This document shows positions 1-18,636 of a stretch of 64,000 nucleotides of DNA, piece after piece. Origin of the DNA: Octopus vulgaris (lineage: Eukaryota); the NCBI GenBank assembly GCA_951406725.2, contig OX597833.1:30318001-30382000 (forward strand), given 5' to 3'. The notes beneath the pieces are model-generated. The model searched no databases. It saw nothing but the letters and a program-made list of their open reading frames with translations, and was not told the DNA's origin. Numbering within the stretch: position 1 is the first letter of the stretch; each line of letters begins with the position of its first letter. Both the position numbers and the translations under genes were made by a program.

Positions 1-815
1 CCGTGGGGCATCCTTGTTAATGCCTCATTTATACCTGCCTTTATGGCTTATAGGTTAAATGAGGTATGACTGCCCTTGCTTCCGAAACAGCTGTCAGTTA
101 TGATTTAATTACATATTATATTTGAAATCTTATACTTATATCTCTTTGTCTATTTACATTTACTGTATATTTTGTATAATGCCTTTACTGATATGTAATG
201 GTGTAATAAAGTATTGATTGGGTATCATCTGATAGTTGATGTTTTATTGATTTAAGTATGTTTCTCCATTTTCTAATTTTGTAGTATATATATATATATA
301 TATTTTTTTTTCGATTAGATTTATTATTATTATTACTAATATTGTTGTTATACATACATACAAGCATATGTAATGATAATAATGGGTGGATGTAAACACA
401 TGAACAAAATTAGAACAAAAGCAACAACAACAAAAATCAAAATACAAATTACAAGAATGTATATAAACAGAAGATACAAATATTACAGGCATCCTCCCCA
501 CACACACACACTAAATAAACATAGACGCACATAGAGATATAAGCATGCGCAAATGAAGACATGCAATAGAAATACAAAATGGCTGATGGTTAGTAAGGAG
601 AGACACAAATAAGTGAGAAGAAAACAAAGGACCACTGATGCGGTCACAGGAGCGTGACGAAAGAACTTTGGCCGAAATAAGATTAAGATTAATGTAAAAA
701 ATAAATATCACTGAAGCAAAATAACACCAAATATATAGTGCGTGTGTTTTTATTGGCTAAACTGGCAATATGACCATTCCGAAATATAACAATATATATA
801 TAAATATATATATAA

Positions 816-912
<97 letters not shown>

Positions 913-934
913 TATAAATATATATATATATATT

Positions 935-1335
935 AGGCGCAGGAGTGGCTGTGTGGTAACTAGCTTGTTTACCAACCACATGGTTCCGGGTTCAGTCCCA
1001 CTGCGTGGCAACTTGGGCAAGTGTCTTCTACTATAGCCTCGGGCCGACCAAAGCCTTGTGAATGGATTTGGTAGATGGAAACTGAAAGAAGCCTGTCGTA
1101 TATATGTATATATAAATATATGCGTGTGTGTGTTCGTGAGTCTGTGTTTGTTTCCCTAGCATTGCTTGACAACTGATGCTGGTGTGTTTATGTCCCCGTT
1201 ACTTAGCGGTTCGGCAAAAGAGACCGATAGAATAAGTACTGGGCTTCCAAAAGAATAAGTCCCGGGGTCGAGTTGCTTGATTGAAAGGTGGTGCTCCAGC
1301 ATGGCCGCAGTCAAATGACTGAAACAAGTAAAAGA

Positions 1336-1338
<3 letters not shown>
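935..1338 (+). mobile_element. tRNA-derived SINE with CR1-like 3' tail
   Basis: A-box-like TGGCTGTGTGGT and B-box-like GGTTCAGTCCC, internal (TG/TA)n, and tail ...GCATGGCCGCAGTCAAATGACTGAAACAAGTAAAAGAG. A homologous copy lies at 53230-53655. Confidence 0.85.
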
Positions 1339-1386
<48 letters not shown>

Positions 1387-1500
1387 TATATATAAATATA
1401 TATATATATATAAATATAATAATAAATATTAGGGAATAAATCCAAATTTACAGGGAAAAAATCAGATTTAGGATTAAATACAATTTTATAGTAAAATATT

Positions 1501-1657
1501 ATATAATATTATTAGAGACAAAACCACTATTTTGCAAAACAAACAAGGAAAGACTTAATCAATACATAAAATTTTAATAAATTTATTAAAATTTTATGTA
1601 TTGATTAAGTCTTTCCTTGTTTGTTTTGCAAAATAGTGGTTTTGTCTCTAATAATAT

Positions 1658-1662
<5 letters not shown>
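1501..1662. repeat. Perfect ~162-bp palindrome of a dispersed repeat end
   Basis: Symmetry centre between 1581 and 1582, no spacer. The same sequence family occurs non-palindromically at 24438-24620. Confidence 0.85.
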
Positions 1663-1716
<54 letters not shown>

Positions 1717-1770
1717 TATATATATATAAATAAATATATATATATATATATAAATAAATATATATAAATA

Positions 1771-1895
<125 letters not shown>

Positions 1896-2025
1896 ATATA
1901 TATATATAAATACATATATATATATATATAAATACATATATATATATATATAAATACATATAAATATATATATATATATATAAAAATACATATATATATA
2001 TATATATAAATACATATAAATATAT

Positions 2026-2062
<37 letters not shown>

Positions 2063-2128
2063 AATACATATATATATATATATAAATACATATATATGAA
2101 TACATATAAATATATATATATATATATG

Positions 2129-2205
<77 letters not shown>

Positions 2206-2303
2206 ATATATATATATATCTATATATATAAATACATATATATATATATATAAATACATATAAATATATATATATATATAAATACATATATATATATATA
2301 AAA

Positions 2304-2336
<33 letters not shown>

Positions 2337-2341
2337 AATAG

Positions 2342-2500
<159 letters not shown>

Positions 2501-2583
2501 TAAATATATATATTTATATATATTTATATATATATATATTTATATATATATATATGTATATTTATATATATATATTTATATAT

Positions 2584-5540
2584 ACTCTTTTACTCTTTTA
2601 CTTGTTTCAGCCATCCGGCTGAGGCCATGCTGGGGCACCGCCCTTGTTGCTACCCTCTCTAAGTCCAGTTTGCCGTGGCTGGCCACTGATCTAAGAGAGA
2701 GTTTGTAGCTGCTGCCCTTAGGTTACCTTCGTACCTTGCAGTGGGTTCATCTGGGATCCCGGAAAGCAGCTTGTCTAGATGTTTTTTGAAAATGTCCACA
2801 TCCGCATCATGTAGATCTCTTAGTTTTCTTGGCAATTTGTTGAACAGCTGAGGGCCCCTGAACCCCAGGCTATTACAGTATCTGCTCCTTACCCTGGATG
2901 TGGAAGACGGGACCTTTGGCACCACACAGTGACGTCCTGTACGGGGATTGGAACAGCTCTCAATTCCAAAATTTGGTGCTAGTCCCACCAGGATTTTCCA
3001 TATGTATATCACTGCATATCTCTCTCGTCTTCGTTCCAAGGAGTACAAATTGAGTTCCCTAAGCCTCTCCCAATAGTTCTTTTCTTTCATGGTGGAAATC
3101 CTCTTGGTGAAATGTCTTTGGATTGTCTCAAGCTCTGTGGTTAGTTTGACACTATGCGGTGACCACAGTTGGGAGCAGTAGTCCAGGCGGCTTAGGACAA
3201 ATGTCCTCCATAGTGTCAACATGGTCTCGCAGTCTCTTGTCCGGAATGTCCTCAGGATCCAGCCAGTGAGTCGTCTGCACATTGTCACCACCTTCGCGAT
3301 GTGTGAAGAAAAAGATGCATCGTCACTCATGTCTATCCCCAGGTCCCGTATTGATTTCGATACTGGGATTTCGATCCCTCCTGGACCAGTATAGTTGTGT
3401 TGTAATGTATATGTGTTTACAGCTTGAAATTTACCAGCATTAAATTGCATGTTGTTGTCTTCAGCCCATTTGTATATGGCATCCAGATCTTGTTGTAAAA
3501 GGTCAGCATCAGCTGGGTTTTTGATTGCCTGTGCTACCTTTGTGTCATCAGCATAGCTAGTGAGGGATGTTGTTTGTGCTACCAAGGGCATGTCAGAGAG
3601 CGCCACCAAAAACAGCAAGGGTCCCAAGACTGTGCCCTGTGGCACCCCGCTTGCTATTGGTGTCTTTCCCGAGAGGGCTCCATTGGATGCAACCATCTGG
3701 CTTCTGTCCTTCAGGAAGTCATATATCCACTCACCTACTTTTTCTGTTATGCCGAGTCTGAGTAATTTGTGACATATCACTCCGTGGTCGACTTTGTCAA
3801 AGGCCTTCGCAAAGTCGAGATATACCACATCCACCTGTGAGCGATCCAGTAGTTGTTTCAGTACCCAGTCGTAGTGTTGTAACAGCTGCGTAAGGCAGCT
3901 TCTTCCTGGGCGAAAGCCATGCTGTGTGTCAGTGAGACGGTTAGTTTCTTCGAGGAACGTGATCAGTTTTTTTCTGATGATTCGTTCGATGACCTTACTT
4001 ATGTGTGACGTCAGGGAGACTGGCCTGTAGTTTTTGGCCTCTGCTCTACTCCCTCCTTTGTGGATAGGGCATATGGTGCCTTCTTTTAGCGCCCTGGGCA
4101 GTTTACCGTTAGCCAAGGAACCACTGAAGAGCTTCTTCAGTGGTCCCGCTAGGGCATGCCTGCATGTTTTCAGGAGGACTGCTGGGAATCCATCTGGTCC
4201 AGCAGCTGAGTTTATTCTCATTTCTTCTATGGCAGATATTACATCCCTCTCTGTTATGTCTATGTGGTCGATGGTTGTTGTTTGGTTTTGGAGTGTTGTG
4301 GCATCAAAGAAAACTTCTGGGTTTGTGATTTGCATGTGCCCCAGAGGGGATGTGAACACACTTTTATACTGTTCCTTTAGTATTTCACTTATCCCTTGGG
4401 GGTCCTCAGTTAGAGAGCCTATTTTATCAAAGAGTGGGCCAATCTTGCAGTGTACCGAGGTGGTTTCTTTCACAAATTTAAAGAAGGCTGTAGGGTTTGT
4501 TTTAATATTCTCTATGGCCCTGGCTTCTCTCTCTGCCCTCTCCTTCTCATAGGAAAGTTTGAGTGCAGTTTCCGTTTCAAAAAGTTTCAGGTGGAGTCCC
4601 TCATTGTTTCTCTGCCGTGCATTCAGTTGCTTCGAGAGCTTAGCTCTTCGCCTCATAAGTATTTTCCTGTCTCTGGCTTTTTTCTCCGGGACAAACTTAT
4701 GGCATATGTTCTGTATTGTTGTCATGAAATGTTGGAAATGTGTGTTGGTGTCTTGTGTGGTGATGAAGTCACTCCAGTCATGTTTTCGGATCTCTTTGTT
4801 GATCTTCTTCCAGGTTGCCTTATGGAAGTTTAGACTGGATAGGCCTGTGGTATTTTCTAATGGCTGCGTCTCAACTAACTCTCTCATACCATATATCATT
4901 ACCTCTACTAAGTTGTAATCTGAGAGAATTGTTGGTGTTACCATTATGTTGTGGATGAGCATCGGGTTGCTTGTGAAACAGAGGTCCAAGACATTCTCAC
5001 CTCTTGTTGGCCGAAGCACTGCTTGCTCCATGAAAAACTTGCGTGTGAGAGCCAACAAGGACTCTGTCTGTCTCTGTTCAAGTGATGTCATTCCAGGGAG
5101 GAGATGGCCATCTGGCCATTTGACTTTCGGAAGGTTAAAATCTCCCAGCAGTAGAATGGTGTTACCCTGGTCCAGTTGTCCAGGACTTCTTCTATTCTTC
5201 TGAGGCTATCTTCAAACACTCCTTCATGACTAGGGGTGTCTGGTGGCCGATATGTGACACATATTACTATTTTCGGTTGTTTCATGTGCACTATCAGTGT
5301 GTCACAGACTGAGTTTGAGTGTGTCAACAGTACTATGGGTGTGACATTTTCACGGACGTACAGGGCAACCCCACCATGAGTTCTTTCCTTCCTGTCTGAC
5401 CGAAAAACAGTTTACTTTGGTATGTGTATTTCTGCATCTGCTATACTGCTTGACAGGTGCGTTTCAGTCAGCGCTATGCATATTGCATGGTTGCTTGTGC
5501 TTAAGTCCCAAAGGTAAGGAATTTTACTCATATTAGTGGG
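2584..5540 (-). mobile_element. CR1-clade LINE, 5'-truncated, APE endonuclease + RT, intact 3' end
   Basis: 810-aa ORF 2659-5091 with YRPVSLTS, DFAKAFDKV, GVPQGTVLGP, YADD and LYSLERRR. APE motifs lie upstream across a frameshift near 5090-5150. The 3' tail is (TAAAAGAG)n and both ends abut (TA)n. Confidence 0.93.
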
Positions 5541-5632
5541 TTTCACTATATATATATATATTTATATATATTTATATATATTCATATATTTATATATATA
5601 TATATATTTATATATATTTATATATATTTATA

Positions 5633-5674
<42 letters not shown>

Positions 5675-5678
5675 CATA

Positions 5679-5726
<48 letters not shown>

Positions 5727-5746
5727 CATATATTTATATATATACA

Positions 5747-5822
<76 letters not shown>

Positions 5823-5825
5823 CTA

Positions 5826-5868
<43 letters not shown>

Positions 5869-5881
5869 TTATATTTATATA

Positions 5882-6031
<150 letters not shown>

Positions 6032-6045
6032 ATTATTTATATATA

Positions 6046-6178
<133 letters not shown>

Positions 6179-6378
6179 ATATTTATATATATATCTATAT
6201 TTATATATATATACCGGAGTAAACACATAAATGTGAAACAAGGTGGAAAAAAGAGTACTCAAATACCAGTGGTAGAGTAATATGCTTTATTTTAAGCAGC
6301 AGAAAATTCAACAAAATCTGTTACTCTGAGTTTCTCGTTGCCGTTCATCAGACAGTTTTTGCTAGATTCTAGCAAAAA

Positions 6379-6416
6379 CTGTCTGATGAACGGCAACGAG
6401 AAACTCAGAGTAACAG
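6379..6416 (+). ncRNA. Minimal type I hammerhead ribozyme (mirror copy on - strand at 6318-6355)
   Basis: CTGT-CTGATGA-ACG GCAA CGA-GAAA-CTCAGAG-TA/ACAG. Stem I is 4 bp, loop II is GNRA with an A.A mismatch at the stem II base, stem III is near-palindromic, and the site is GUA. Confidence 0.7.
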
Positions 6417-6449
6417 ATTTTGTTGAATTTTCTGCTGCTTAAAATAAAG

Positions 6450-6492
<43 letters not shown>

Positions 6493-6515
6493 ATTTATAT
6501 ATATATATCTATATT

Positions 6516-8639
<2,124 letters not shown>

Positions 8640-8651
8640 TATATATATATT

Positions 8652-8682
<31 letters not shown>

Positions 8683-8798
8683 AATATATATATATATATT
8701 TATATATTTATATATATATATTTATATATACATATCTATATTTATATATACATATATATATTTATATATACATATATATATTTATATATACATATATA

Positions 8799-8854
<56 letters not shown>

Positions 8855-8869
8855 CTTATATATATATTT

Positions 8870-11692
8870 GCTCCAACCGGCAGCAAAGGCCATGGAGACG
8901 GAGAACCCGGTGAAGAAGTAGAGGGAGGACGAAGAACTAAAACAAGGGCTGGAAGAGCTAAAGGAAAAGCTCAAGCAGGACCAAAGGGTGAAAAAACCAG
9001 GAATAGAAGTGGAACCGCAAAAGATAGAAAGAAACATCGCACACGGGTGTGTAGGTTCTACCTGAGAGGTTCCTGCTGGCATGGAAAGGAAGGTGCAGGC
9101 TGCCGCTTTGCACATCGGAGACCCTGCAACAGAGACACGAGGCAGATGGACAAACCATCAACACAAAGAAAAGGGATGGACCACGCACCACTTGCCCCAA
9201 AGCGGAGGTACGCAGATGTTGTGCGTGCCACAAACCACCAACATGATGTTGTCGAAAGAGCAGCTGCTGAGCAACAATCTTTTTTGTGCATGGCACAAAA
9301 GATTGTACAGCAGCTGACCTGGCTTCATCAAACACAAGCCCGCAGGTGGCTTCTACCCACTAGGTTCCTGCTGGCATGGAAAGGAAGGTGCAGGCTGCCG
9401 CTTTGCACATCGGGGACCCTGCCACAGAGACACGAGGCAGATGGACAAACCATCAACACAAGAAAAGGGATGGACCACGCACCACGCCCCAAAGCAGGTA
9501 CGCAGATGTTGTGCGTGCCACAAACCACCAACATGATGTTGTCGAAAGAGCAGTTGCTGAGCAACAATCTTTTTGTGCATGGCACAAAAGATTGTACAGC
9601 AGCTGACCTGGCTTCATCAAACACAAGCCCGCAGGTGGGACTACCCACTATATACCAGACCACCACAGCAAACAGACCCAGGATGGACACCACCGGCAAC
9701 AACGTCCACCTCACCTCGATGCTCCTACTGAACATCAGAGGACTGCAAACACTCAGTAACAAGACAAAAATCCCGTTCCTGAGAGATTTTGTTGCATGCA
9801 ATCAAGCCTTATGTATAGCACTAACGGAAACGCACCTGAAACCGGATATAGCAGATGCGGAGTTACACATACCACAGTATGCTGTACTACAGACCGACAG
9901 GAAAGAAAGGAGTCATGGAGGTGTTGCTATGTACATCCGTGAGGACCTCACACCCCAGGTCCTCTTATCATACACAAACTCGGTGTGTGACACACTAATT
10001 GTACATATTAGGCAACTTGATGTAGTTGTGTTTGCTACAGATGCCCCAAGCCATGTGGGCAAGTTTGAAGACTGCCTTATAAAAATAGAAGAAGTTCTAA
10101 CCACATTAGAACAACACATAAGTGTACTTCTTATGGGAGACTTCAATCTGCCAAATGTCAGATGGCCCGAGGGCCTTTCTCTCCCAGGAATGACAAGATG
10201 TGAACGAGGACAGGCGAGGTCCCTCCTGAACCTCATCAACACCCTGTACATGGAGCAGGTAATACTCCAACCAACCAGGGCAGGTAACACACTGGATCTC
10301 TGCTTCACAAATGACATGGATCTCATCCATAATGTGAAAGTGACACCGACACTACTCTCGGATCACAACATGATAGAGCTGACCATGTACGGGCCAAAAG
10401 AGAGTACGGATATGCAGCCTACAAGAAACCCCAGAATCTTTCCAGCTTGAAATACCATAAGGCAAACTGGAAACAAATTGAGAAAAAGATCCTCAAACAA
10501 AACTGGCCTAAATGTCTCTCCTCGCCAGACATCGACGTGAAACTTCAACAATTCATGTCTGTAATGCAAGCCATATGCTACAAATGTGTCCCAGAGAGAA
10601 AGGCCACTGTACACATGAACAAAATCCCCAGAGAGAGGAAAATTTTAATGAGACGGCGTACAAAATTTTCAAATCGCCTAAACAAACAGATTGAAAGCAG
10701 TGAAAAGTCCCGCCTAAAAATAAAACTGTTGGAAATCGAAAAATGTCTGCAACTCTCCCATGAAATGGAAAGAGCAGACAAAGAAGCCTGGGCTATAGAC
10801 AACATAAAATCTAACCCCAGAGCTTTCTACAGGTATGCCAAAGAAACAGCTACGGTGCACTGTAGAATAGGGCCACTCCTCGAAAAGGATGGCACACTTA
10901 CAGGAAAACCAATGAGGGTAAGTGAAATACTGAATGAGCAATTCAAGAGTGTTTTCACTCCACCCCTTGGGCATATCCAAATCACCAATCCAACTGACTT
11001 TTTTACCACTGCAGATATAAAATCAGAGGCGGCGACGATAGATTACATCGATATAAAGGAAGACGATGTAATCAAGGCTATAGATGAAGTGAAAACAGAC
11101 TCAGCTACTGGCCCCGATGGATTCCCGGCAATCCTCCTAAAAGCATGTAAGAGAGTCCTAGCAAGACCACTGCAGTTCCTCTTTCAGAGCTTCCTCGCAG
11201 CTGGCAAACTTCCAAGAAAACTGAAGGAAGGTAAAATATGCCCCATTCATAAAGGAGGTAGCAGAGCGGAAGCCAAGAACTATAGACCTATCTCTCTGAC
11301 CTCACACATCAGCAAGGTCATGGAACGAATAGTCAGAAGGAAGCTGATCACCTTCCTTGAAGAGAATGACTTGCTGCCCGACTTGCTGCCAATAACACCT
11401 GAATTCTATCTTTCAGAAAGTCATGAAGCCATTCTCCCAGTTTTCCAACTATGTTGAGATCACGCAGTTTGTGACATATCATTCCATGATCGACTTTATC
11501 AAAGGCCTTTGCAAAGTCGAGATATACCACTTCCACATTTGAGTGGTTGAGCAGCCGTTTCAGCACCCAGTCATAGTGTTGTAGGAGCTGAGTTAAACAG
11601 CTTCTCCCTGGTCGGAAACCATGTTGGGTGTTGGGCAGCAAGTCATTCTCTTCAAGGAAGGTGATCAGCTTCCTTCTGACTATTCGTTCCAT
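8870..11692 (+). mobile_element. Rearranged CR1-clade LINE: ORF1 end (CCCH finger, tandem duplication), APE, N-terminal RT, then an inverted RT segment
   Basis: [22 protein letters not shown]; APE motifs LNIRGL, LTETHL, GDFN, LDL and SDH; RT motifs GPDG and YRPISLTS. Segment 11383-11692 is the continuing RT (QHGFR, DFAKAFDKV) on the - strand. Confidence 0.9.
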
Positions 11693-11693
11693 G

Positions 11694-11752
<59 letters not shown>

Positions 11753-11754
11753 TA

Positions 11755-11788
<34 letters not shown>

Positions 11789-11859
11789 AATATATATATA
11801 AATAAATATATATATATATATAAATATATATATATATAATGATTAAAAATCATAAAAAA

Positions 11860-12260
11860 TGTTGTAGCCCGAAGGCCGCGGCCATACTGGGGCACCACCG
11901 CTGAATGAGCTACACTAATTTGTGAATCTACCTCTGATACGTGGCACTTGATCAGCAAGGGAGTTCGATGCTACTGCCCGCATCCGCGTCTCCTGTCGTG
12001 AGGTAGGCTCATCTGGGACTCCCAACAAGAAGAGATCCAGTGTAGTTTTAAAGAAACCCACATCCACACAATGTAAGTCTCTCAGGCATTTAAGGAGGAT
12101 GTAAAAGAGCTGTGGTCCTCTGAAACCCAAGCTGTTGCAGTATCTGGACCTATATTTTGATGATGATGTTGGAATCCTTGGCACCATGCAGTGGCGCCCC
12201 GTTCTGCGGTTGGAGTAACTTTTACTGCCAAAGTTTGGGACAAGGCCCTCCAGGATATAC
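11860..12260 (-). mobile_element. CR1 3'-end fragment
   Basis: ORF 11915-12262 is homologous to the C-terminus of the 810-aa ORF ([19 protein letters not shown]), followed by the GGTGCCCCAG tail. Confidence 0.88.
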
Positions 12261-12269
12261 ATATATAAA

Positions 12270-12467
<198 letters not shown>

Positions 12468-12480
12468 TATATATATATAC

Positions 12481-12787
<307 letters not shown>

Positions 12788-12805
12788 TATATATATACAT
12801 ATATA

Positions 12806-13147
12806 AATTTGCCATCAATATGTAGAACAAGATACTGTGACAGCCTGGGATTCAGAGGCCCACAGCTCTTCAATATCCTCCCGAAGAATCAGAGGGACCT
12901 GCATGGTGTAGATGCGGATGTCTTTAAAAGTAGGACTGGATCTCTTCCTGTCAGGTGTACCGGATGAACCAACTTCACGTCAGGAGGTGCAGATGAGGGC
13001 AGCTGCATGGAACTCTCTTATGCATCAGATGGCGTTTGCAAAAAAGCATCCGTGAGGTAAAGTCGTTTAGCAAACCAAATAGCGGTGCACCAGCATGGCC
13101 ACAGCTCATTAGCTGAAACTAGAAAAATCAAAATCAAATCAAAAAAA

Positions 13148-13150
<3 letters not shown>
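12806..13150 (+). mobile_element. CR1 3'-end fragment
   Basis: Encodes [24 protein letters not shown]; tail CAGCATGGCCACAGCTCATTAGCTGAAACTAG then (AAATC)n. Confidence 0.88.
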
Positions 13151-13209
<59 letters not shown>

Positions 13210-13210
13210 G

Positions 13211-13267
<57 letters not shown>

Positions 13268-13292
13268 TATGTATATATATATATAAATATAG

Positions 13293-13348
<56 letters not shown>

Positions 13349-13388
13349 ATATATAAATATAGATATGTATAAATCTATATAAATATAG

Positions 13389-13967
<579 letters not shown>

Positions 13968-13972
13968 TATAT

Positions 13973-14091
<119 letters not shown>

Positions 14092-14318
14092 TGTGTGTTT
14101 ATGTGTATGTTGGTGTGTTGTGTGTGTGTGTGTGTGTGTGCTGTGTGATGTGTGGTGTGTGTGTGTGATGTGTGTAAATATATATATAAATATATATGTG
14201 TGTGTAAATATATATGTGTGTGCTGTGTTTCGTGTGTGTGTGTGATATATATAAATATATATATATATAAATATATAAATATATATTTATATATATAAAT
14301 ATATTATATATTATTTAA

Positions 14319-14350
<32 letters not shown>

Positions 14351-14359
14351 TTTATATAT

Positions 14360-14636
<277 letters not shown>

Positions 14637-14749
14637 CATATATATATATATATAAATACATATATATAAATACATATATATATATATATAAATACATATA
14701 CATATATATATATATATATAAATACATATATATATATATATATAAATAC

Positions 14750-14814
<65 letters not shown>

Positions 14815-14875
14815 CATATTTATATATATATATATATATATAAATACATATATATATATATATATATATATATCG

Positions 14876-14924
<49 letters not shown>

Positions 14925-14939
14925 TATATATACATATAT

Positions 14940-15288
14940 AAATTTGCCATCAATATGTAGGACAAGATACTGTGACAGCCTGGGATTCAGAGGCCCACAG
15001 CACCTCAATATCCTCCCGAAGAACCAGAGGGACCTGCATGGTGTAGATGCGGATGTCTTTTAAAGTAGGACTGGATCTCTTCCTGTCAGGTGTACCGGAT
15101 GAACCAACTTCACGTCAGGAGGTGCAGATGAGGGCAGCTGCATCGAACTCTCTTATGCATCAGATGGCGTTTGCAAAAAAGCATCCGTGAGGTAAAATCG
15201 TTTAGCAAACCAAATAGCGGTGACCCAGCATGGCCACAGCTCATTAGCTGAAACTAGAAAAATCAAAAATCAAATCAAATCGAAATCA
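14940..15288 (+). mobile_element. CR1 3'-end fragment, near-identical to 12806-13150
   Basis: Same 5' truncation point (AAATTTGCCATCAATATGTAG) and only a few substitutions. Confidence 0.88.
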
Positions 15289-15289
15289 T

Positions 15290-15368
<79 letters not shown>

Positions 15369-15379
15369 TAGATATGTAT

Positions 15380-15429
<50 letters not shown>

Positions 15430-15458
15430 TAGATATGTATATATATATATAAATATAG

Positions 15459-15499
<41 letters not shown>

Positions 15500-15562
15500 T
15501 ATACATATATATATAAATATAGATATGTATATATATATATAAATATAGATATGTATATATAT

Positions 15563-15624
<62 letters not shown>

Positions 15625-15693
15625 AATATATATATATATACATATGTGTAGTGTGTGTGTGTGTATATGTGTGTGTATATATGTGTGTATATG

Positions 15694-15964
<271 letters not shown>

Positions 15965-15972
15965 TAGATATA

Positions 15973-16026
<54 letters not shown>

Positions 16027-16047
16027 TTTATATATATATAAATATAT

Positions 16048-16324
<277 letters not shown>

Positions 16325-16353
16325 TATATATAAATACATATATATATATATAA

Positions 16354-16411
<58 letters not shown>

Positions 16412-16466
16412 GTATATAATATATATATATACATATATAAATATATATATGTATATATATATATAA

Positions 16467-16533
<67 letters not shown>

Positions 16534-16545
16534 TATATATATATA

Positions 16546-16619
<74 letters not shown>

Positions 16620-16711
16620 CATATATATAAATACATATGTATATATATATATAAATACATATATATATATATATAAATACATATATATATATATATAAAT
16701 ACATATACATA

Positions 16712-17059
16712 TGATTAATTGATTGATTGATTGATTCTAGTTTCAGCTTATGAGCTGTGGCCATGCTGGGGCACCGCCATTTGGTGTTGCTACCTGGTTT
16801 CACTTCATGGAGGCTTTCTAGCAACTGCTATTTGGTGCATGAGAGAGTTCGATGCAGCTGCCCTCATCTGCCCCTCCTGCCGTGAAGTTGGTTCATCTGG
16901 GACACCTGACAGCAAGAGATCCAGCTTCATTTTAAAGACATCTGTATCCACCCCATGCAGGTCTCTCAGGTTCATCGGGAGGATATTAAAGAGCTGTGGG
17001 CCTCGGAAGCCCAGGCTATCACAGAATCTTGTCCTACATCTTGATGGCAAGTTTGGAGT

Positions 17060-17061
<2 letters not shown>
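16712..17061 (-). mobile_element. CR1 3'-end fragment
   Basis: ORF 16805-17050 ([25 protein letters not shown]) and an (ATCA)n tail. A near-identical partial copy lies at 17442-17682 just after the gap. Confidence 0.88.
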
Positions 17062-17132
<71 letters not shown>

Positions 17133-17341
17133 ATACATATATATATATAAATACATATATATATATAAATACATATATATATATATATATAAATACATAT
17201 ATATATATATATATAAATACATATATATATATAAATATATAAAAATATATATATATATATATAAATACATCTATATATATATATATAAATACATATATAT
17301 ATATGATTCGTTAGCTACTGCACGCGTATTTTTTTCTCTCC

Positions 17342-17441
17342 NNNNNNNNNNNNNNNNNNNNNNNNNNNNNNNNNNNNNNNNNNNNNNNNNNNNNNNNNNN
17401 NNNNNNNNNNNNNNNNNNNNNNNNNNNNNNNNNNNNNNNNN
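17342..17441. other. Assembly gap (100 N)
   Basis: Run of exactly 100 n. Confidence 0.99.
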
Positions 17442-17824
17442 TTGGTTTCACTTCATGGAGGCTTTCTAGCAGCTGCTATTTGGTGCATGAGAGAGTTCGA
17501 TGCAGCTGCCCTCATCTGCCCCTCCTGCCGTGAAGTTGGTTCATCTGGGACACCTGACAGGAAGAGATCCAGCTTCATTTTAAAGACATCTGTATCCACC
17601 CCATGCAGGTCTCTCAGGTTCTTCGGGAGGATATTGAAGAGCTGTGGGCCTCTGTGTTCTTTGCCCAGGCTATCACAGAATAATTTTAAAATTCTGTGAT
17701 AAGACTGTACATCATCTTTAAAGAACTTTAATGAACTTTTGAAATCTGTTTATGTTACTTAATTATCTACATTACTTCATGAGTATAGCCTCAACCACTA
17801 GGATGTCTAGAGAACTCACATGTA

Positions 17825-17915
17825 TTTTAGCTGATGAGTACGGGACACGTTTATATGCTGTAATTTTTGCAACTTTTAATAAAACCTGTCCTTGTATGAA
17901 ACGATTGTACTAAAA
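17825..17915 (+). ncRNA. Type I hammerhead ribozyme with extended stem/loop II
   Basis: TTTTAG-CTGATGA-GTACGGGACA...TGTCCTTGTAT-GAAA-CGATTG-TA/CTAAAA. Stem I is a perfect 6 bp, stem II is ~10 bp, stem III is self-complementary with G.U pairs, and the site is GUA. Confidence 0.8.
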
Positions 17916-18062
17916 ACCTATCCATTCTTGTTGCTTCATTCTCGCTTATAATCACCCCACATTACTGTATTGTTAAATCAGCATAGTTTTTTTTGGTGCA
18001 TCTAAGTTAGGTACCATATTCAAGTAAATTCATTTAAATTAACTTGAATCTTTATTGCTTTT

Positions 18063-18458
<396 letters not shown>

Positions 18459-18476
18459 TTATATATTATATTATAT

Positions 18477-18507
<31 letters not shown>

Positions 18508-18510
18508 CAT

Positions 18511-18549
<39 letters not shown>

Positions 18550-18553
18550 ATAT

Positions 18554-18620
<67 letters not shown>

Positions 18621-18636
18621 TATTTTTTTTTTTTTA

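Noticed and set aside
1-100. Possible upstream host exon or complete hammerhead at the window start
   Set aside because: Only the 3' half (GAAACAGCTGTC, 84-95) is visible and the 5' core would lie outside the window. There is no convincing exon.
935-1010. tRNA gene
   Set aside because: It has A/B boxes but no full cloverleaf; it is the head of a SINE.
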